A stretch of DNA of 63,871 nucleotides, counting the filler, from Octopus bimaculoides (lineage: Eukaryota), in assembly GCF_001194135.2 (NCBI RefSeq). It is 6 parts of 6 records of this genome, joined end to end, with 100 filler letters (N's around TTAATTAATTAA, not from the genome) between each part and the next. Parts side by side here need not be neighbours in the genome. Positions count along the whole stretch, not along the records: positions 26,547 to 50,962 come from NW_026405108.1; 5 more parts are not named here. One strand, written 5' to 3'. Shown piece after piece: positions 26,491 through 37,929 of this stretch. A model generated the notes under the pieces. That model made no database searches, had not been told where the DNA came from, and saw only the letters and a program-made list of their open reading frames with translations. The position numbers and the translations under genes are program-made. The first letter of the stretch is position 1; every line of letters begins with the position of its first letter.

Positions 26491-26502
26491 TTAATTAATT
26501 AA
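26491..26502. other. Artificial TTAATTAATTAA join marker inside Ns (also 51007-51018, 58925-58936, 60526-60537, 62707-62718)
   Basis: Identical 12-mer embedded in N runs five times. Confidence 0.9.
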
Positions 26503-26547
26503 NNNNNNNNNNNNNNNNNNNNNNNNNNNNNNNNNNNNNNNNNNNNA

Positions 26548-27180
26548 GCCACAGTAAGGTTATCCAACTGTTAAACCTTTTACTTTTCAAAACCATGCTA
26601 CGATGGAAAAATGTACATAGGTATGAAACTTATTTTACACATGTATTGATGCATATAAAACATGAAATTATGGTGTCTACATTCTTAAATACTTGCAGTC
26701 AATTTATTGTAAGAACATAGAATTTTGACAGTTTTTTTTTTTTTTGAGTTGTTGCTTATCTACAATAATCTGATAAATTTGAGGCTTTCCTTGATTGCAT
26801 AAGATTGTCATTGAATTTTCTCTTGACACAAATATCTAATCATCATTTTCTCCATACTAGCATGGGCTGTATGTGTCATGTTGATATCTGTTTCAGTTTA
26901 ATTTCTTCTGCAATGTTTTCATAAAATACAGTTGTCCCTGGGCTTACACAGTATTCTGTTTCTTAGTTTCACATTAGCTTAATTTTGCTCATTTTCCTGT
27001 ATTTTTTCTTTTTTGTTTGTTTTTGTTTTTACAAATATAAAAGTAGTACTTGCTTCAGTTTTTCATTTTATTTTGTTCAATATTTTTGAATTTGAAATAT
27101 TAAAATTGATTTCATTGGAATTCAATGTATAAAATCAACTTTGAACTAGATGTTCAGCATAAAATGCAAAAGTTTAACAA
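26548..27180 (+). repeat. Unclassified AT-rich dispersed repeat, copy 1
   Basis: Colinear with 47715-48233 and with the reverse complement of 33230-33820. Confidence 0.85.
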
Positions 27181-27188
27181 AAAGAATT

Positions 27189-27345
27189 GTCGTCATCATC
27201 GTCATTTAATGTCCATTATCCATGATGGCATGGGTTGGACAGTTTCATCAGGGCTGGTTGGCTGAGGGGTTGCAGCAGACTTCAGCCTGATTTGGCATTG
27301 TTTCTACAGCTGGATGCCCTTCCTAAAGTCAAGCACTCCATGAGT
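27189..27345 (-). mobile_element. RTE-tail/SINE family E fragment
   Basis: TTTCTACAGCTGGATGCCCTTCCTAA and GTCCATTATCCATG...GGGTTGGAC match 33560-33690 in reverse. Confidence 0.7.
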
Positions 27346-27394
27346 GTTTTGGGCAGGGGTGTTTAAAAATTAATTGATGAGAAATTAATTGTAT

Positions 27395-29115
27395 GAATGA
27401 ATGTACGAACGTACGTACGAACGAACAATCAAACGAACGAANNNNNNNNNNNNNNNNNNNNNNNNNNNNNNNNNNNNNNNNNNNNNNNNNNNNNNNNNNN
27501 NNNNNNNNNNNNNNNNNNNNNNNNNNNNNNNNNNNNNNNNNNNNNNNNNNNNNNNNNNNNNNNNNNNNNNNNNNNNNNNNNNNNNNNNNNNNNNNNNNNN
27601 NNNNNNNNNNNNNNNNNNNNNNNNNNNNNNNNNNNNNNNNNNNNNNNNNNNNNNNNNNNNNNNNNNNNNNNNNNNNNNNNNNNNNNNNNNNNNNNNNNNN
27701 NNNNNNNNNNNNNNNNNNNNNNNNNNNNNNNNNNNNNNNNNNNNNNNNNNNNNNNNNNNNNNNNNNNNNNNNNNNNNNNNNNNNNNNNNNNNNNNNNNNN
27801 NNNNNNNNNNNNNNNNNNNNNNNNNNNNNNNNNNNNNNNNNNNNNNNNNNNNNNNNNNNNNNNNNNNNNNNNNNNNNNNNNNNNNNNNNNNNNNNNNNNN
27901 NNNNNNNNNNNNNNNNNNNNNNNNNNNNNNNNNNNNNNNNNNNNNNNNNNNNNNNNNNNNNNNNNNNNNNNNNNNNNNNNNNNNNNNNNNNNNNNNNNNN
28001 NNNNNNNNATACAACGTACATGGGAACGAACGAAAGAATGAAATAACGAATGAACGTACGTACGAAGGAACGAACGAACGGACGTACAAAAAAACGATCA
28101 AAAGAAGGAACGTACGTCTATACGTATGAACGAACGTACGAATGAAATAAACGGACAAAAGAACGAACGAACGTTCGTATGTTCGTACGTACATATGTAT
28201 GGATGAACGAACGTAGGTACGTATGTTCGTACGTCCATATGTATGAATGAATGTACGAACGTACGTACGAACGAACAATCAAACGAACGAAACAGACGAG
28301 CGAAAATACTACCTAAAGTACGTACGAACGAACGAAAAAACAAACGAACGAGGGAATGAACGAACGATCGAACAAACGTACAAATGAACAAAGAAACGAA
28401 CGAACGTATGTACATACGTACGTACGAATGAACGAACGAATGTTCGAACGAACGAACGATTGAACGAACAAACGTACGTACGTACGAAAAAAAAAAAACG
28501 AACGTACAAACAAATGAACGAACGTATGTACGAAAGAACGAAAGAAAGATCGAACGAATAGACGAAGGAACGTACGTACGTGCGAACGAAGTAACGTGCA
28601 TACATACGTCCGTATGTACGAACGAACGAAGGTACGTACATACAACGAACGTGCGTACGCACCTACGTACGTACGAACGAACGAACGTACGTACGAACGA
28701 TCGAACGAACGTGCGTACGAACGAATGAACGAAAGGACGAGCGTACGTATGTACGTAAGTAAGAAAGAACGAAGGTACGTACGAACGTACATACATAAGT
28801 ACGAACGAACGAAAGAAAGAATGTATGTACGTACGAACGAAATAACGTAAGTACGAACGAAGGAACGAACGTAGGAACGAATGAACGAACGAATGAATAA
28901 ACGAAAGAAGGAACGAACGATTAAACAACCGGACGTACGAAGGAACAAACGAACGAACATGCCTATGTACGTAGGAACGAACAAACGAAAGAAGTAAAGA
29001 ACGATGGAACGAACGAACGAAAGTACGTACGTACGAACGTCCGTGCGTATGTACGTACGTAAGAACGAACGAACGAACGTACGTATATACGAACGTAAGA
29101 ACGAACAAACGAACG
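27395..29115. repeat. CpG-rich cryptic tetranucleotide satellite (ACGA/ACGT/GAAC mixture)
   Basis: Continuous shuffled ACGA, ACGT and ATGA motifs, partly gapped. Confidence 0.9.
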
Positions 29116-30930
29116 AATTCCGCTCGAACGATGAAGAGAGAGGCCGAACGGACACACGTACGTTCAAATTCCACTCGAACGGTGCAGAGGGAGGCCGAAC
29201 GGACGCACGTACTTACGAATTCCGCTCGAACGGTGCAGAGGGTGGCCGAACGGACGCACGTACGTTCGAATTCCGCTCGAACGGTGCAGAGGGAGATCGA
29301 ACGGACGCACGTACTGTCGAATTGCGCTCGAACAGTGCAAAGGGACGCCAAATGAACGCACGTACGTTTGAATNNNNNNNNNNNNNNNNNNNNNNNNNNN
29401 NNNNNNNNNNNNNNNNNNNNNNNNNNNNNNNNNNNNNNNNNNNNNNNNNNNNNNNNNNNNNNNNNNNNNNNNNNNNNNNNNNNNNNNNNNNNNNNNNNNN
29501 NNNNNNNNNNNNNNNNNNNNNNNNNNNNNNNNNNNNNNNNNNNNNNNNNNNNNNNNNNNNNNNNNNNNNNNNNNNNNNNNNNNNNNNNNNNNNNNNNNNN
29601 NNNNNNNNNNNNNNNNNNNNNNNNNNNNNNNNNNNNNNNNNNNNNNNNNNNNNNNNNNNNNNNNNNNNNNNNNNNNNNNNNNNNNNNNNNNNNNNNNNNN
29701 NNNNNNNNNNNNNNNNNNNNNNNNNNNNNNNNNNNNNNNNNNNNNNNNNNNNNNNNNNNNNNNNNNNNNNNNNNNNNNNNNNNNNNNNNNNNNNNNNNNN
29801 NNNNNNNNNNNNNNNNNNNNNNNNNNNNNNNNNNNNNNNNNNNNNNNNNNNNNNNNNNNNNNNNNNNNNNNNNNNNNNNNNNNNNNNNNNNNNNNNNNNN
29901 NNNNNNNNNNNNNNNNNNNNNNNNNNNNNNNNNNNNNNNNNNNNNNNNNNNNNNNNNNNNNNNNNNNNNNNNNNNNNNNNNNNNNNNNNNNNNNNNNNNN
30001 NNNNNNNNNNNNNNNNNNNNNNNNNNNNNNNNNNNNNNNNNNNNNNNNNNNNNNNNNNACACGTACGTTCAAATTCCACTCGAACGGTGCAGAGGGAGGC
30101 CGAACGGACGCACGTACTTACGAATTCCGCTCGAACGGTGCAGAGGGTGGCCGAACGGACGCACGTACGTTCGAATTCCGCTCGAACGGTGCAGAGGGAG
30201 GCCGAACGTACGTTCGAATTCCACTCGAACGGTGAAGTGGGAGGCCCAACGGACGCACGAACGTTCGAATTTCTGTGGAACGGTGCAGAGGGAGGCCGAA
30301 CAGAGGCAGGTACGTTCGAATTCAGCTCGAACGGTGCAGAGGGAGGTCGAACGGACGCACGAATTTTCGAATTCATCTCGAAAGGTGCAGAGGGTGGTCG
30401 AACGGATGCACGTACGTTGGAATTCCGCTCGGACGGTGCAGGGAGAGGCTTAACGGACGCACGTACGTTCGTATTCCGATTGAATGGTTCAGAGGGAAGA
30501 AGAACGGGCGCACGTACGTTCGGATTCCGCTCAAACGGTGCAGAGGGAGGCTGACCGGACGCACAGTCGTTTGAATTCCGCTCGAAAAGTGCAGAGGGAG
30601 GCCGAAGGGAAGCACGTGCGTTACAATTCCTCACGAATGGTGCAAAGGGAGGACGAACGGATGCACGTACGTTCGAATTCCGCTCGAATAGTGCAGAGGT
30701 CGGCCGAACGGACGCACGTACGTTCGAATTCCCCTCTAACAGTGCAGAGGGAAGCCGAACGGACTCACGTGCGTTCCAATTCGTCACGAATGGTGCACAG
30801 GAGCCCGATCGGACGGACGAACATTCGAATTCCAAACGAACGGTGCAGAGGGAGGCCGAACGGAAGCACGTACGTTCGAATTCCGATAGAACGGTGCAGA
30901 GGGAGGCCGAATGGACGCACGTACGTTCGA
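29116..30930. repeat. 51-bp CpG-rich minisatellite
   Basis: Consensus GAATTCCGCTCGAACGGTGCAGAGGGAGGCCGAACGGACGCACGTACGTTC; 17-aa periodicity in the ORF track; interrupted by an N gap. Confidence 0.95.
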
Positions 30931-30944
30931 ACAGATCCCCACAT

Positions 30945-31165
30945 AAGGCTTTAGTCAACCTGAAGCTATAGTAGAAAGCACTTACCCAAGTTGCCACGCA
31001 GTGGGACTGAACCTGGAACCATGTGATTGATAAGCAAGCTTCTTACCACACAGCCANNNNNNNNNNTGAAGCTATAGTAGAAAGCACTTACCCAAGTTGC
31101 CACGCAGTGGGACTGAACCTGGAACCATGTGATTGATAAGCAAGCTTCTTACCACACAGCCACGC
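30945..31165 (-). mobile_element. SINE family B 5' part (apparently duplicated across a 10-N gap)
   Basis: TGAAGCTATAGTAGAAAGCACTTACCCAAGTTGCCACGCAGTGGG occurs identically either side of the gap. Confidence 0.75.
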
Positions 31166-31442
31166 CTTCGCCTGGGTATATATATATATATGTCTAGTAT
31201 ATGTTTATATATCAAACCGTTTACTAATTAACAAATGACTGAGGTTAATCATCATTATTGGCCCCCACCACACCCCTCCACCATTACCATTGCCCCCATA
31301 TATGACCACCACCACTGTACTGCTCTCCTTCTCCCACGAGATNNNNNNNNNNNNNNNNNNNNNNNNNNNNNNNNNNNNNNNNNNNNNNNNNNNNNNNNNN
31401 NNNNNNNNNNNNNNNNNNNNNNNNNNNNNNNNNNNNNNNNNN

Positions 31443-31598
31443 GAGAGGGAGACTGACAGAGAGAGAAAGATGGATAGAGAGATAGAGACTGACAGACAGA
31501 GAGAGAGAGAGATGGATAGGAGGAGACTGACAGACAGAGAGAGAGAGAGATGGATAGAGGGAGACTGACAGAGAGAGAGAGATGGATAGAGGGAGACT

Positions 31599-31635
<37 letters not shown>

Positions 31636-32660
31636 ATAGAGGGAGACTAACAGACAGATAGAGAGATGGATAGAGGGAGACTGACAGACAGACAGACAGA
31701 GAGATGGATAGAGGGAGACTGACAGACAGAGAGAGATGGAAAGAGACAGACAGAGAGAGATGGATAGAGGGAGACTGACAGACAGAGAGAGGGATAGAGG
31801 GAGACTGACANNNNNNNNNNNNNNNNNNNNNNNNNNNNNNNNNNNNNNNNNNNNNNNNNNNNNNNNNNNNNNNNNNNNNNNNNNNNNNNNNNNNNNNNNN
31901 NNNNNNNNNNNNNNNNNNNNNNNNNNNNNNNNNNNNNNNNNNNNNNNNNNNNNNNNNNNNNNNNNNNNNNNNNNNNNNNNNNNNNNNNNNNNNNNNNNNN
32001 NNNNNNNNNNNNNNNNNNNNNNNNNNNNNNNNNNNNNNNNNNNNNNNNNNNNNNNNNNNNNNNNNNNNNNNNNNNNNNNNNNNNNNNNNNNNNNNNNNNN
32101 NNNNNNNNNNNNNNNNNNNNNNNNNNNNNNNNNNNNNNNNNNNNNNNNNNNNNNNNNNNNNNNNNNNNNNNNNNNNNNNNNNNNNNNNNNNNNNNNNNNN
32201 NNNNNNNNNNNNNNNNNNNNNNNNNNNNNNNNNNNNNNNNNNNNNNNNNNNNNNNNNNNNNNNNNNNNNNNNNNNNNNNNNNNNNNNNAGACAGAGAGAG
32301 ATGGATAGAGGGAGACTGACATAGAGATGGATAGAGGTAGACTGACAGACAGAGAGAGAGATGGATGGATAGAGGGAGACTGACAGAGAGAGAGATGTAT
32401 AGAGGGAGACTGACAGAGAGACAGAGAGAGATGGATAGAGGGAGACTGACAGACAGAGAGAGAGATGGATATAGGGAGACTGACAGAGAGAGAGAGAGAG
32501 ATGGATAGAGGGAGACTCACAGAGAGAGATGGATAGAGGGAGACTCACACAGAGAGAGAGAGAGAGAGATGGATAGAGGGAGACTGACAGAGAGAAAGAT
32601 GGATAGATGGAGACTGACAGACAGATAGAGATGGATAGAGGGAGACTGACAGATAGACAA
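31443..32660. repeat. Purine-rich minisatellite (GA)n-TGGATAGAGGGAGACTGACA
   Basis: Tandem units of ~26-32 bp with variable GA/GACA counts; another piece at 35497-35537. Confidence 0.9.
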
Positions 32661-33229
32661 TAGAAGAACGAACCATATGATGCTTTCCGTGGTTATATTC
32701 CTATTCTAGTAGGGGATGAGGCATAATCGCACAAAACACTAACCTTAGCCCTTATCCCTGTTTTTCACTGCTAAACCCAACATTCAATACTGATCCTGTT
32801 TAATCTCTGCCCTTCCCCGTCACCGCAAAGCCCTAACCCCCCTAGTTCAAAGTTTGCTCTCTTACCTAAATAATCTCTCTAAAAACCTTTCAAAAATCCC
32901 CCAAGCTAACCCCTAATAAGGTCTAAAGTCCTGAACCCCAATCCTAACAACAAACCCTCAACAAAATATGAAAAAAAACAATTACCTTTGGCAATTTGCC
33001 CCCTATAATACAAAACATGATATGCAAACAACGAGCAAAATATCAAACAACATTTGAGGTTCAAATTTTTTTTTTTAAGGGGTCAAATTCTTTTTTTTTA
33101 AGGGGTCGAATCATGAAATACACGTGTTTACTAAATACAGTTGTCCTTATACTCACACAGTACATTGCATCCACATGTTCTCAAACTAATCATTAGCATG
33201 CGAAGCAAAATAGAAAGAAAAGCTTAAGC

Positions 33230-33975
33230 AAGTCCTTTTATATTTGAGCTTAATTGTACTAAAGTTAAACTAGGACACAGAATACTGTGTAAGCCAAAGG
33301 GACAACTGTATTTTATGAAAAACATTGCAGAAGGAATTAAGCTGAAACATATCAACATGACACAAACAACCCATGCTAGTATGGAGAAAAATGATTAGAT
33401 ATTTGTGTCGAGAGGAAACTCAATGACAATCGAATTTATCAGATTATTGTAGTGCCCCTGGACTGGCTTGTGCGGGTGGCACATAAAAGACACCATTTCG
33501 AGCGTGGCCGTTTTCGTGCGGGTGACACGTAAAAGCACCCACTACACTCTCTGAGTGGTTGGCGTTAGGAAGGGCATCCAGCTATAGAAACTCTGCCAAA
33601 TCAGACTGGAGCCTGGTGTTGCCATCCGGTTTCACCAGTCCTCAGTCAAATCGTCCAACCCATGCTAGCATGGAAAGCGGACGTTAAACGATGATGATGA
33701 TGATGATGATATGCATCAATACATGTGTAAAATAAGTTTCATACCTCTGTACATTTTTCCATCGTAGCATGGTTTTGAAAAGTAAAAAGGTCTAACAGTT
33801 GGATAACCTTACTGTGACTAATTCTGGGTTTTCTACTAAAGGGTTTCTTTTTGTTTATGTCTTTTAGAGTGCAGTTCTAACAAATTAATTCATTTTGTAC
33901 ACAAACACGACAAAAGTAAATAGACACCCATAACACCTCGTCTTGTGGTTATTTTAATTTGAAGAGCTTTATCTT
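33230..33975 (-). repeat. Unclassified AT-rich dispersed repeat, copy 2 (inverted, with nested SINE)
   Basis: Reverse complement of 26548-26960 and 47565-48110 sequences; interrupted at ~33450-33710. Confidence 0.8.
33450..33710 (+). mobile_element. SINE family E with RTE-like tail and (GAT)n end
   Basis: GAGTGGTTGGCGTTAGGAAGGGCATCCAGCTATAGAAAC...CCAACCCATGCTAGCATGGAAAGCGGACGTTAAACG(ATG)n, shared with the RTE 3' end at 47405-47560. Confidence 0.8.
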
Positions 33976-34019
33976 TTTTTTATTAATTGACATTCGTATG
34001 ATTCATGTTCTATAGGTGT

Positions 34020-34535
34020 TAGAGTGGCTGTGTGGTAAGTAGCTTGCTTACCAACAACATGGTCCCGGGGGTTCAGTCCCACTGCGTGGCATCTTGGGGC
34101 AGGTGTCTTCTAATATAGCCTCGGGGCCGACCAAAGCCTTGTGAGTGGATTTGGTAGAAGGAAACTGAAAGGAAGCCCTTCGAATATAAGCAGTGTGTGG
34201 AAACTAGCTTGCTTGCCAACCACATGGTTCCGGGTTCAGTCCCACTGCGTGGCATCTTGGGGCAGGTGTCTTCTAATATAGCCTCGGGGCCGACCAAAGC
34301 CTTCTGAGTGGATTTCGTAGATGGAAACTGAAAGAAGCCCATCGTATATATATATTCATAGGCGCAGGAGTGGCTGTGTGATAAGTAGCTTGCTTACCAA
34401 CCACACGGTTCTGGGTTCAGTCCCACTGTGTGGCATCTTGGGCAGATGTCTTCTACTATAGCCTCGGGCCAACCAAAGCCTTGTAAGTGCATTTGGAAGA
34501 CGGAAACTGAAAGAAGCCCATCGTATATATATATA
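34020..34535 (+). mobile_element. Three tandem 5' halves of SINE family B
   Basis: Units start at ~34021, ~34195 and ~34360, each ending at GGAAACTGAAAG(A/G)AAGCCC. Confidence 0.85.
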
Positions 34536-34761
34536 TTCATGTCTACTAAATATTAAGATATTCACATTCGAATAATTAATAAATAATTTAAATGTCTAAT
34601 TTCAGATTTAAATAAACTTTTCGCAATTATAAGGGTGTCTATCTAATTCTGTCATGTCTATGTAGTTCCTGAAAGCAAAAACAACATAAACAAAAAAACC
34701 TCTTTCAAGCCTCTCATCCACAACAAGACTTTATTGACATTCATTCTCGACCCCTTTTTAA

Positions 34762-35028
34762 CCCTTTCGTTACTATATTTCTGACCCCAAAATACACACC
34801 TCATGGGTTTCAATTAGGTTCTAAAATAATCATGAATTTAGACTAGTCTCGTTAGCGTGAGAAGACTCCAGCAAGCCAAGTGAACCGCTGCCCTCAGGAC
34901 CGCTGCCTTCAGGACCGCTGCTTCCAGGACCGCTGCTTTCAGTATCAGGGGTTTTAACGAATGTACTAACGAGATTTGGTTTCAAATATACATTTAAATA
35001 ACTAACGGCCAGGTTAGTAACGAAAGGG
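34762..35028. mobile_element. piggyBac-like MITE (267 bp)
   Basis: 14-bp TIR CCCTTTCGTTACTA, TTAA TSD at 34758-34761 and 35029-35032; four 15-bp GGACCGCTGCCTTCA-type units at 34882-34941. Confidence 0.8.
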
Positions 35029-35287
35029 TTAAGGGTCCCTAATGCATTTATACCCTAATTTCAATCCCTTGCCTAGATTTTTTTCCTAAGGGCCCACCCA
35101 CCTAACAGAAAAACTAATAAATTAACAAACAAATACTGTACTCACCGGTGCTGAAGCATCGCCCTGGGCCACATGTTTGGTGAAAATCAACATGTATATA
35201 TACACATGTATAACACAGAAGTCCCATTAAGGACTAACACAGTTCTAGGGGTCTTTGGAAGACGCCGACATTGTCAAGGGTTTGTAT

Positions 35288-35377
35288 TTAGTGGAGGAAT
35301 TGGTATGTAGTGGAGGAATTGGTATGTAGTGGAGGAATTGGTATGTAGTGGAGGAATTGGTATGTAGTGGAGGAATT
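35288..35377. repeat. 19-bp tandem repeat GTAGTGGAGGAATTGGTAT (~4.7 copies)
   Basis: Directly visible. Confidence 0.95.
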
Positions 35378-35507
35378 TGAAGCAGGTCATGTGATGACAC
35401 TTGCATATCCAAGATGTAGGATATAAAATAACCGACAATCCATAGAAGTAGTTACCCTGAAAGAAAAAAAATATTGCCGTTAATATTGGGTCTCTTTCAG
35501 AGAGACT

Positions 35508-35551
<44 letters not shown>

Positions 35552-35657
35552 TAGAGGNNNNNNNNNNNNNNNNNNNNNNNNNNNNNNNNNNNNNNNNNNN
35601 NNNNNNNNNNNNNNNNNNNNNNNNNNNNNNNNNNNNNNNNNNNNNNNNNNNNNNNNN

Positions 35658-36235
35658 GAGATTGGCCACATCACCGGCGATACTAACACCGATGGCTGCC
35701 CCCTTGTTCTGGGCATATAAGTGAATGTAGCATTCAGAAAGAATACAAGAAAAGACATGATAAATTAGGAAGAGTAATCCAGGATTTGAACATCCTGATA
35801 AATGGTATGAACATGAACCTAGTAAAGTAGTAGAAAGTAAGAAATATGTTGTGGGACTTTAACATTCAGACTGACAGAGTAATAGAAGCTAGAAGGCCTG
35901 ATTTGGTAGTAATAGATAAAGACAAAGAGAAAGTGCCAGGTAACTGACTTTGCAGTCCTAAAATGATGAAAAAATCAATATGAGCAGTATAAGAAAAACA
36001 GCAAAGTATCAGAATCAAGCCATTGAATTAGAAAGAATAATGGAAAGTGCAGGTAAAATGTATCCCAGTAGTTATTGGTGCATTGGGAACTATCCCTAAA
36101 GATATGAACAGAAGAATAAAGGAAATAGGCATAAAACCCAGTTTAGTACAGCTGCAGGAAACAGTGTTATTAGGGACAGATAGGATACTTAGGAGGGTTC
36201 TTGGCATCTGTTACTTGCTGTAGCCTGATGTGAGG
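35658..36235 (+). mobile_element. R4/Dong-type LINE 3' fragment (restriction-like endonuclease)
   Basis: Broken frames include YKKRHD, ARRPDLVVIDK and IPVVIGALGTIPK. Confidence 0.75.
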
Positions 36236-36296
36236 AATTTTTCTTTTCCAACAGTCTAATCTGTTGTGTATATATGAATAATAATAATAATAATAA

Positions 36297-36715
36297 ATGC
36301 TAGAGCATAACAGACCAGACCTAGTGGTAGTGGACAAGGTGCACCACATATGCTATATAGTTGATATTGGATGCCCCTTTGACCCACGAATAGTCATGAA
36401 GGAAGACAAAAAGATAGATAAACCCTCTTATGTACAAAAGAGCCCAGTTATGGAAAATGAAGAAGTTGAAGATAGTGCCAATTACAGTTGGGTCCTTAGG
36501 ATCAGTATCAGAAGGTATCAAGAGGAATATAAAGGAAATTGGAAAAGAGTGCCCAGTAGAACTGTTACAAAAGGTTTGCCTCCTTGGCACAACCAGAATA
36601 ATCAGGAAAGTATTAGCTGAAAAGAATAAATAGCATGGTACCATAGGCTGCTGCAGGTAGTAAGGTCACTCTACATACAAGACACTAGGAGCTCCAACAA
36701 AACCTTTGATAAAGA
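36297..36715 (+). mobile_element. R4/Dong-type LINE 3' fragment after (TAA)n
   Basis: LEHNRPDLVVVDK...CYIVDIGCPFD...IVPITVGSLG...LQKVCLLGTTRIIRKVL; (TAA)n on both sides. Confidence 0.85.
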
Positions 36716-37104
36716 GGAAATAATAATAATAATAATAATTGCCAGATGCAAGATCAGGCACTGGCTGTCATGGCTTCTGATTTTAACTGAATGGAAGTGT
36801 TATCATGTACATGTTTTGTCTTGGTGTAAAAGATGAGTTGCAGCAAATATTTTTCTCAGTACCGCAGATTTGCTTATCACCAGTTGAGCATGTCCCTTGG
36901 TGGCTGACATTATGTGCATCTCTGATCACAAACAGGAGTAATTGGGAGAGCATCATAGCCATGTGTTGAGAAGAATTCTTTTGGAAACATGGGTGTTATC
37001 TCCAGCATCCCTAAAGAACCCTCATTCAGAGTCCTTTTGAGCAAGATAGGCTATTTGACCTAAGTAAAATTCCAATGTGAGGTAACTGGTGATTGGTGCC
37101 AACA

Positions 37105-37510
37105 TATACCAGAAAAGGTAATGGACGAAAACAAGAAAGCAAAGACCTTCTGGGACTTTGACAAGGTGTTAGAACACTAAAGGCTGGAAATAGTAACCTT
37201 TAGGCAGGACAAACAAGGGTGCCTAATAATCGACATGGCAGAGCCAGGAGATCAACATATTATCATGAAACAAAGAGAAAATATCAACAAATATGGAGAA
37301 CTCAGAATTGAGATTGCAAAAGTATGGCAGCTGCGAGAGTCAAACATAAAGGTTATCTCTATTGTCATGGAAGCATTGGGTTCAACACCGCCCAACCTGA
37401 AGAAACATCTGGACACTTTAGAAATACCCTACAATCTTTGTGTATTGCAAAAATTAACTTTACTTGGAATTGCACACATAAAGTTCAGTTTTTCTGAAGT
37501 CCTTGTTGTG
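37105..37510 (+). mobile_element. R4/Dong-type LINE 3' fragment (different subfamily)
   Basis: DMAEPGD...KYGELRIEIAKVW...ISIVMEALG...LQKLTLLGIAHI. Confidence 0.75.
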
Positions 37511-37614
37511 ACTTGACAAACAATACAAATCCTTGATACGCACAATAGCTTCAATCTACAACATCACAATATTGGATACTGTGCAACGTTTTTAATAACA
37601 ATAATGATGATGAT

Positions 37615-37860
37615 GGACAGTGTGAGAAGGCATCAAGAGGAATATAAAGGGAATTGGAATAGAATTCCCAGAAGCACTGTTACAAAAGGTTTGCCTCCTT
37701 GGCACAGCCAGAATAATCAGGAAAGTATCAGATAGCTGAAAAGAATGGATAGCATGGTACCGTAAGCTACAGGCAGCAAGCCTTCTACGCATGCAAAACT
37801 TGAGGAGTTACAAGTAAACCTGAGATGAAAATAAAAAGAACTATGGAAATGTAAGGAGTA
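37615..37860 (+). mobile_element. R4/Dong-type LINE extreme 3' end
   Basis: Similar to 36500-36700 and 39120-39330. Confidence 0.75.
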
Positions 37861-37929
37861 ACAGAAAACATGAGATACCTTATATGGAAGAGTATGAAAT
37901 GTTGGAGAAGTAAATTGACAGCTGGGAAT

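Noticed and set aside
29158-30200. Higher-order repeat implied by near-identical variant units at ~29158-29295 and ~30060-30200
   Set aside because: They flank the same N gap and may be one sequence assembled twice; undecidable without long reads.
29116-30930. CRISPR-like array
   Set aside because: Units are contiguous with no unique spacers, the context is eukaryotic, and there are no cas genes.
29004-30997. 516-aa and 594-aa ORFs over the 51-bp array as a repetitive protein gene
   Set aside because: The unit consensus lacks stops in these frames, and the long ORFs switch repeat phase at indels, so no single frame is being preserved.
30957-31160. Tandem SINE duplication
   Set aside because: Identical ~80-bp copies separated by 10 Ns look like an unmerged contig overlap.
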